Positions 59,308-64,000 of a stretch of 64,000 nt of DNA are shown here, in pieces. Within the stretch, counting starts at the first letter, position 1. The number at the start of each line of letters is the position of its first letter. This DNA comes from Caecitellus pseudoparvulus (Eukaryota; Protista; Bigyra: Bicosoecida), in assembly GCA_965644315.1 (NCBI GenBank), contig CBFFRQ010000065.1, positions 1 through 64,000 on the forward strand, read 5' to 3'. The position numbers and the translations under genes were made by a program. A model generated the notes under the pieces. The model saw only the letters and a program-made list of their open reading frames with translations, did no database searches and had not been told where the DNA came from.

Positions 59308-60720
59308 TCAGCTGACGCCCGTGGCCGAAGTTGCGTTGGCCACAGAATGCAGCTGACCACACGCCGCCATGATGTCGTCCCCGCGCGACTGCCGCACGGT
59401 GGCGCGCACACCGCCCTGCTGCAACCATCGCTGAAAGTTCCTCACGGCATCCACGGATGCGCCTTGGACAGGCGCGCCCTCCCACGCGTTAAACATGCTG
59501 TGTTGCGAGCGAGGGCGCAGTGCGGGATTGCCGGCGTGAGCGAGGGACAGCTGCTTCCTCACATCAAGTTGACGTGCAGCCACTGCAGGCCAATGTCACG
59601 GCAGAATTCCACGAGGGCTGCGGCATCTGCACGGCCTGCATTCAGGCCTTCCAGCGGCGTGTACTCCAGCGTCACCCGAGCATCCCGTGCTACCCGCCCC
59701 CCTTCCTTCAAGATGCCTGCGCACAGCACGGCGGCAAAGCGTGCAGGGGTGCTTTCACTTAAAAAGCGCAGCACAAGGCTGGGGCATGCACTCACTGATG
59801 TACTGTTTGATGGCGTCCTTGAGCTCTGCGAGGGGCCATCGCCGATTCACGTCCATAATGTGACTCCGCACGTCATCCACAGCAGAGTGCAGCGAAACCG
59901 CCAAACTGGCGCCACATGCAGAAGCCAGCTCTGGGATGCGGGGGGCCACGCCAGAGGTGCTGACAGTCACTCTGCGCCGCGAGAGCCCCAGGCCCTCGGG
60001 GTGGGTCAGCACTTGAATGGCGCGCTTCACGCTGCGCCAGTTGTACAGCGGCTCACCCTGCCCCATGAACACGACGTTGGAGATGGGCCGGCGGCGCAGA
60101 GCACTGCCCTGCACTCCATGCATGCTGGTCAGTGCAGCGACACTGTCAGGGGCAGTGGCCCGCAGCTGCCGCGACGCCTGCAGCACTTGGGCCAGGATGT
60201 CCGCTGCAGCCAGGTTGCGGAGGAGCGGCTGCGTGCCCGTGTGGCAGAAGGAGCAGGACAGGGTGCAGCCGACCTGGGAGGAGACGCACAGTGTGCGGGA
60301 CCCAGCTGATGGGATCCACACCATCTCCACCTGCCCCCCTGTCCGTTTCTGGGCGGGGGCCAGTGTGGAAGGCAAGCTCAGCAACCACTTGCGCGTGCCA
60401 TCCGTTGAGGTCTGTGCAGCCACCACTTCCCCCGCGTCAACGGTCAAGCCAGCTGCCTGCAGACGAGCCACGCACGCCTTCCCCAAGCTCTGCATCTCCT
60501 TGAAGTTACAGCTGTTCTGTCGGTGCAGCTCCTGAAACAGCTGCCCGGCCCGGAAAGTAGGCAGCCCAGCACCTTGGCTGACGAGCGTCTGCAGAGCGGG
60601 CAGGTCCTCCCCCAGCACATTTACGGCAGGGGAGGCGGCAGAATGCAGACAAGGCCAGCTTCCTCCTGCTCTGCGCTTGCAGACTTGCAAGGCCGCGCGT
60701 TGGACAGCCCTCACCTGCAT
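59308..60720 (-). CDS. rlmN: RlmN-like radical-SAM RNA methyltransferase, probably mitochondrial, 3 exons
   Basis: STDGTRKWL, TLCVSSQVGCTLSCSFCHTG (CxxxCxxC), NVVFMGQGEPL, LAVSLH and RGDDIMAACGQL; Arg/Ala-rich N-terminal extension. Confidence 0.92.
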
Positions 60721-60723
60721 GTC

Positions 60724-60733
60724 GCGGAAATTG
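60724..60733 (-). promoter_or_regulatory. CAATTTCCGC motif immediately upstream of the rlmN ATG (representative of a recurrent motif)
   Basis: The exact 10-mer (either strand) also occurs at 35682, 37178, 40883, 43558, 48225, 49518 and 62640. Confidence 0.45.
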
Positions 60734-61120
60734 AACCACCACCCTCACAAAGCCAAAGGACCCTTTCTGAGCTTGGGATTTGGTGCACGTCGCTGCTGCG
60801 CGGTGCAAATGCTATCTGGGCGTAATGAAGGTTGCTGTACATTCTTTTCGCTGGCAATTGAGTTGGGCGATGCTTTCTCTGACCTCTTGCTTTGCCGTAC
60901 ATTTCCTGGATCTAGCACATGTCACTCTGCACAACGCCACGCACGATTGCTCCTGCCTCGCAAATCAACCAGAGCTCTGCAAGACCTGCAGCGCCACCCC
61001 CAGATTTGCCTAGGCTAACCCCCCCTGCTCGTGCTTGCCGGCCCTTAAACGCAGCTTGCCAGGCGCTGTTTTGCACGAGACAGGTTTGCGTCGCAGCGCA
61101 GTGAAACGCCAACACGCACC

Positions 61121-62508
61121 ATGTCCGGCGAGGCGCCACGCACGCTGCAGGCCACGCGTGGCGGCGGTGTCTTCAACTACCTCCCCTTTACTACAACGTT
61201 CTTTATGTGCGCGTGTCTCGGCACGTTCTTGCTCCAGTTCTTCTTGCCTGACGTCGCCTCCACTGGGGAGTTTGCCATCACGCCTGGCTTCATCGTCTTC
61301 TACTTCCAGTGGTACCGCCTCATCTCCAGCGCCTTCTTCCATGGTGGCCTCTTGCACATTGGCTTCAATATGATGACTTTGTATGCGCTCGGGACATCCT
61401 TGGTGAGCGGCAGCGCTGTCCCCTCCGCTCCGCTTACCCCACCCTCAATCTCTGACCCCGCAACCATGCTCAGGAGAGGCAGCTAGGCAGCTTGCACATG
61501 TTCGTGACAAGCTGGATCATCCTGCTCACGTCGGGGTTCATGTACACGGCAGCGTGCATGCTGTTGTGGGCGGTCACTGGCGCGCAGGGGTGGCTGCTGT
61601 ACTCCGCAGTGGGGTACTCTGGTGTCCTTTTCGGCATGGCGGTGCAGGAGAGCGCCTTGTCCTTCCTCCCCACACGCTCTGTCTTTGGTTGCTTCAATGT
61701 GCCCACGAAGTGGTACCCCTGGGTGCTCATGGTGGTCCTGCAACTGGTCATGCCCAACATCTCCCTCCTCGGCCACTTGTGTGGCGCTGTGGCTGGTTTC
61801 CTGCACATCCACGGGTACCTGAGCTGGGTGACGCCGTCCCTGGATGGTGTCAAGGCGGTGGAGGAGGCAGCGGTGCTGCAGTGCTGTGTGCGCCGGCCCA
61901 ACTACGTCTTGGCGCCCACCTCCTTGCCTCGTCCGGAAGGCGACGCCAACCTCCTCACCACCCTGGCTGGCTGCGTGGCCTTTGCCGTGGCAGGCCTGCG
62001 CCCCATTGTGGCATGCGTATGGAACGCCACTGTGGGCCGCGCCGCGCCCGGATGGACCATGGCAGGCTCCAGCGCCTCAGACCCCCCTGCTTCAGCAGGC
62101 CAGCCAGCGCCACGCCGCATGGTGAATGGGGTGGCGGTGGCGTCCACGCCGGCCCCCGCCCCAGCGCCGGCCCCCGACCTGGAGCTCGGCGCCATCAGCC
62201 CAGGCGGAGACAGTGCGGCATCTGCAGGGCACCACGCGGAGCAGCCTTCCACAGCGTCCTGGCCCTCGGCTCTGCTGCGTGGGGATTTGGCCACACGCGC
62301 CCAAGGGTACGCCCCAGTCTCGGCGGTGGAGGACGGGGAGGATGCGGCCAGCCAAGGCGAGCCTCCAGCGCCACAGCCTGCACCCGACTCCACGGGCAAC
62401 TTCCCTCAAGGCCAGGGGAGGTCGTTGGGGGGAGACACGGTGCAGCCGTCGCGCGGCCGTGGCCAGGGCCGTCTCGCGCACAGCCGCCTCCTGGCTCAGT
62501 CTCAGTGA
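61121..62508 (+). CDS. Rhomboid intramembrane serine protease (RHBDL4/RBL15-like), 2 exons
   Basis: QWYRLISSAFFHGGLLHIGFNM, catalytic GYSGVLF and SLLGHLCG, and YPWVLMV. Confidence 0.9.
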
Positions 62509-62696
62509 AGCTGCAGATGTGACGACAGCGCAAAACTTCAATCCATTCTTACATGTGAACCACCACGTAGTTATTGGAGCCTGCCTCCGCGTCCAGCCTG
62601 CACAGGTTTGCGCGTGTTCCAGCCGCCTGGCTGACAGGTCAATTTCCGCCGGCCACCCACCGCGCGTGACTCTGCCACACACGCCGTCCGCACACT

Positions 62697-64000
62697 ATGT
62701 TGGCTCGTGGAGTGACGAAGAAATTTATTTCCGCACGGGGCTCGCCGCACCTGTTGCGCGCCCTGGGCGTGTCCCTGCCCCAGGCCACCCTGCCTTCCAT
62801 GCCCCAGTTGGCCAGGCTCTGCAGCTCCCAATCTGCCGCCGCTGCCGAGGCGGATGAGGCAGCAGGGGCAGCCAAGTCTGCAACAGCCGCTGCAGCAGCA
62901 GAACCAAGCGCCGTGGAAGGTGCTGAGGGTGAGTTGCGCAGCGCTGTACGTGCCCTGTGCAAAGACTGGCTTGCTCACGTATTCCGCCACCTGTCACACC
63001 TTTCCAGGCGAGGTGCACGTGTTCCAGACCGAGACAAAGCAGCTGCTGGACATCGTGGCAAACGCGCTGTACACTGACCGCCACGTGTTCGTGCGCGAAC
63101 TCATCTCCAACGCTTCCGATGCCTGCGAGAAGGTTCGCCACATGCAAGTGAGCGGGCAGGATCTCGTGGAGCCTGAAGCGGCCCTGGGCATCCAGCTCTT
63201 CACCGACGAGGAGGCCGGCACCCTGACCATTGTGGACAACGGCATCGGCATGAACCGAGAAGAGGTGAAGACCAACCTCGGCACCATCGCCCACTCTGGC
63301 TCCAAGCAGTTCGTCAAGGCGCTGCAGGAGGGCGCTGCGGAGGCGGCCCAGAACGTCATCGGCCAGTTTGGCGTGGGCTTTTACTCTGCCTTCATGGTGG
63401 CGGACGACATCGAAGTGTACTCCAAGTCAGCTTCCCCTGACTCCCCGGAGGAGACCCTCTGGCGCAGCACGGGCGACGGGTCGTTCAGCATCGCCCCAGC
63501 TTCTGGCGCCGGGCGCGGCACGCGGATCGTGCTCAAGCTCAAGGACACCTGCAAGGACTTCTCCAACGCCGCGACGGTGGAGGACATCATCAAGCGCTAC
63601 TCCAACTTCGTGAACTTCCCCATCTTCCTCAACGGCAAGCAGGTCAACACCGTGTCGGCGCTGTGGGCCGTGCCCAAGTCTCAAGTCACCGAGGAGCAGT
63701 ACGAGGCCTTCTACCGCTACAAGGCCAAGGCGTACGACAAGCCCCTGATGACCATGCACTTTGCCTCTGACGCGCCCATCGAACTCAAGGCCCTGCTCTT
63801 CATCGGGCAGATGAACCCTGTACGTGCGCGTTGCCCCCATGCTGTGTGACCCCCCCTCCACCTCGCGCAACCTTATGGTTCCCTGGCACACCTACGTGGC
63901 ATTGCCTTGGAAAGAGCCGGTTGCGAACATCACCTGGGGCGGCGCGTCACATCGCCGCCCCGAAGAGGTTTTTTCTGTGCTTGGCGAGCTCCTCACTCCC
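62697..64000 (+). CDS. TRAP1: Mitochondrial HSP90 (TRAP1/HSP75), 3'-truncated
   Basis: FQTETKQLLDIVA..LY..VFVRELISNASDA, DNGIGM, NLGTIAHSGSK, IGQFGVGFYSAFMVAD and YSNFVNFPI, after a presequence-like first exon. The ORF enters an intron at ~63820 and continues past the window. Confidence 0.93.

Noticed and set aside
60040-60080. MGQGEP instead of MGMGEP in the RlmN-like protein, as a sign of Cfr-like or novel activity
   Set aside because: The catalytic cysteines and CxxxCxxC motif are intact and the overall motifs are RlmN-type. A single substitution is not enough evidence of changed function.
53525-60720. Operon-like cluster of RNA-metabolism genes (DCP1, KH-PLD, bS18m, RlmN) on the minus strand
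   Set aside because: The products act in different compartments, HIS1 interrupts the run on the other strand, and the genes have their own introns. Only the KH-PLD/DCP1 adjacency was kept, as weak context.
58064-60720. Bacterial contamination or a recent HGT island (hisG, rlmN; also ribD-C and MaoC elsewhere)
   Set aside because: hisG, rlmN and ribD-C contain spliceosomal introns, and all four share host codon usage. Such homologs are widespread in eukaryotes.
1-64000. tRNA, rRNA, transposase/retroelement or virophage/Polinton sequences
   Set aside because: I recognised no cloverleaf, rRNA signature, terminal repeats, integrase, RT or capsid motifs by eye. tRNAscan-SE, Infernal and a repeat search would be needed to exclude small elements.

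Overview
This is a gene-dense, GC-rich eukaryotic nuclear segment, not prokaryotic. It carries about 29 protein-coding genes, many interrupted by short (~55-95 nt) GT-AG introns with GTGAGT/GTGCGT donors, and intergenic spacers are very short. Flagellar-type genes (MEIG1, an EF-hand MIP-like protein), a nine-TM cadherin and the absence of plastid-type genes suggest a flagellated heterotrophic protist, most plausibly a stramenopile (inference). Housekeeping genes: TMC/OSCA-like channel, RibD-C/RIB7 reductase, importin-alpha-like ARM protein, Sec24, SP-RING SUMO ligase, MaoC dehydratase, long-form RNase Z, PIG-C, LRR protein, DCTN5, ZW10-like, HSP20, DCP1, mitoribosomal S18, HIS1, RlmN-like methyltransferase, rhomboid and TRAP1 (truncated). 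Most notable findings: (1) a KH-domain/Zucchini(PLD6)-type nuclease fusion directly upstream of DCP1; (2) a ~4,600-aa surface receptor joining a Dictyostelium Sib-like N-terminal module, Cys-rich repeats, ~10 cadherin domains, many IPT/TIG domains and a nine-TM anchor; (3) an orphan protein built from four copies of an unrecognised domain with a conserved intron position; (4) a recurrent CAATTTCCGC motif; (5) convergent genes whose stop codons overlap. I recognised no rRNA, tRNA, CRISPR array or transposase. Family calls come from motif recognition by eye; no database search was run.
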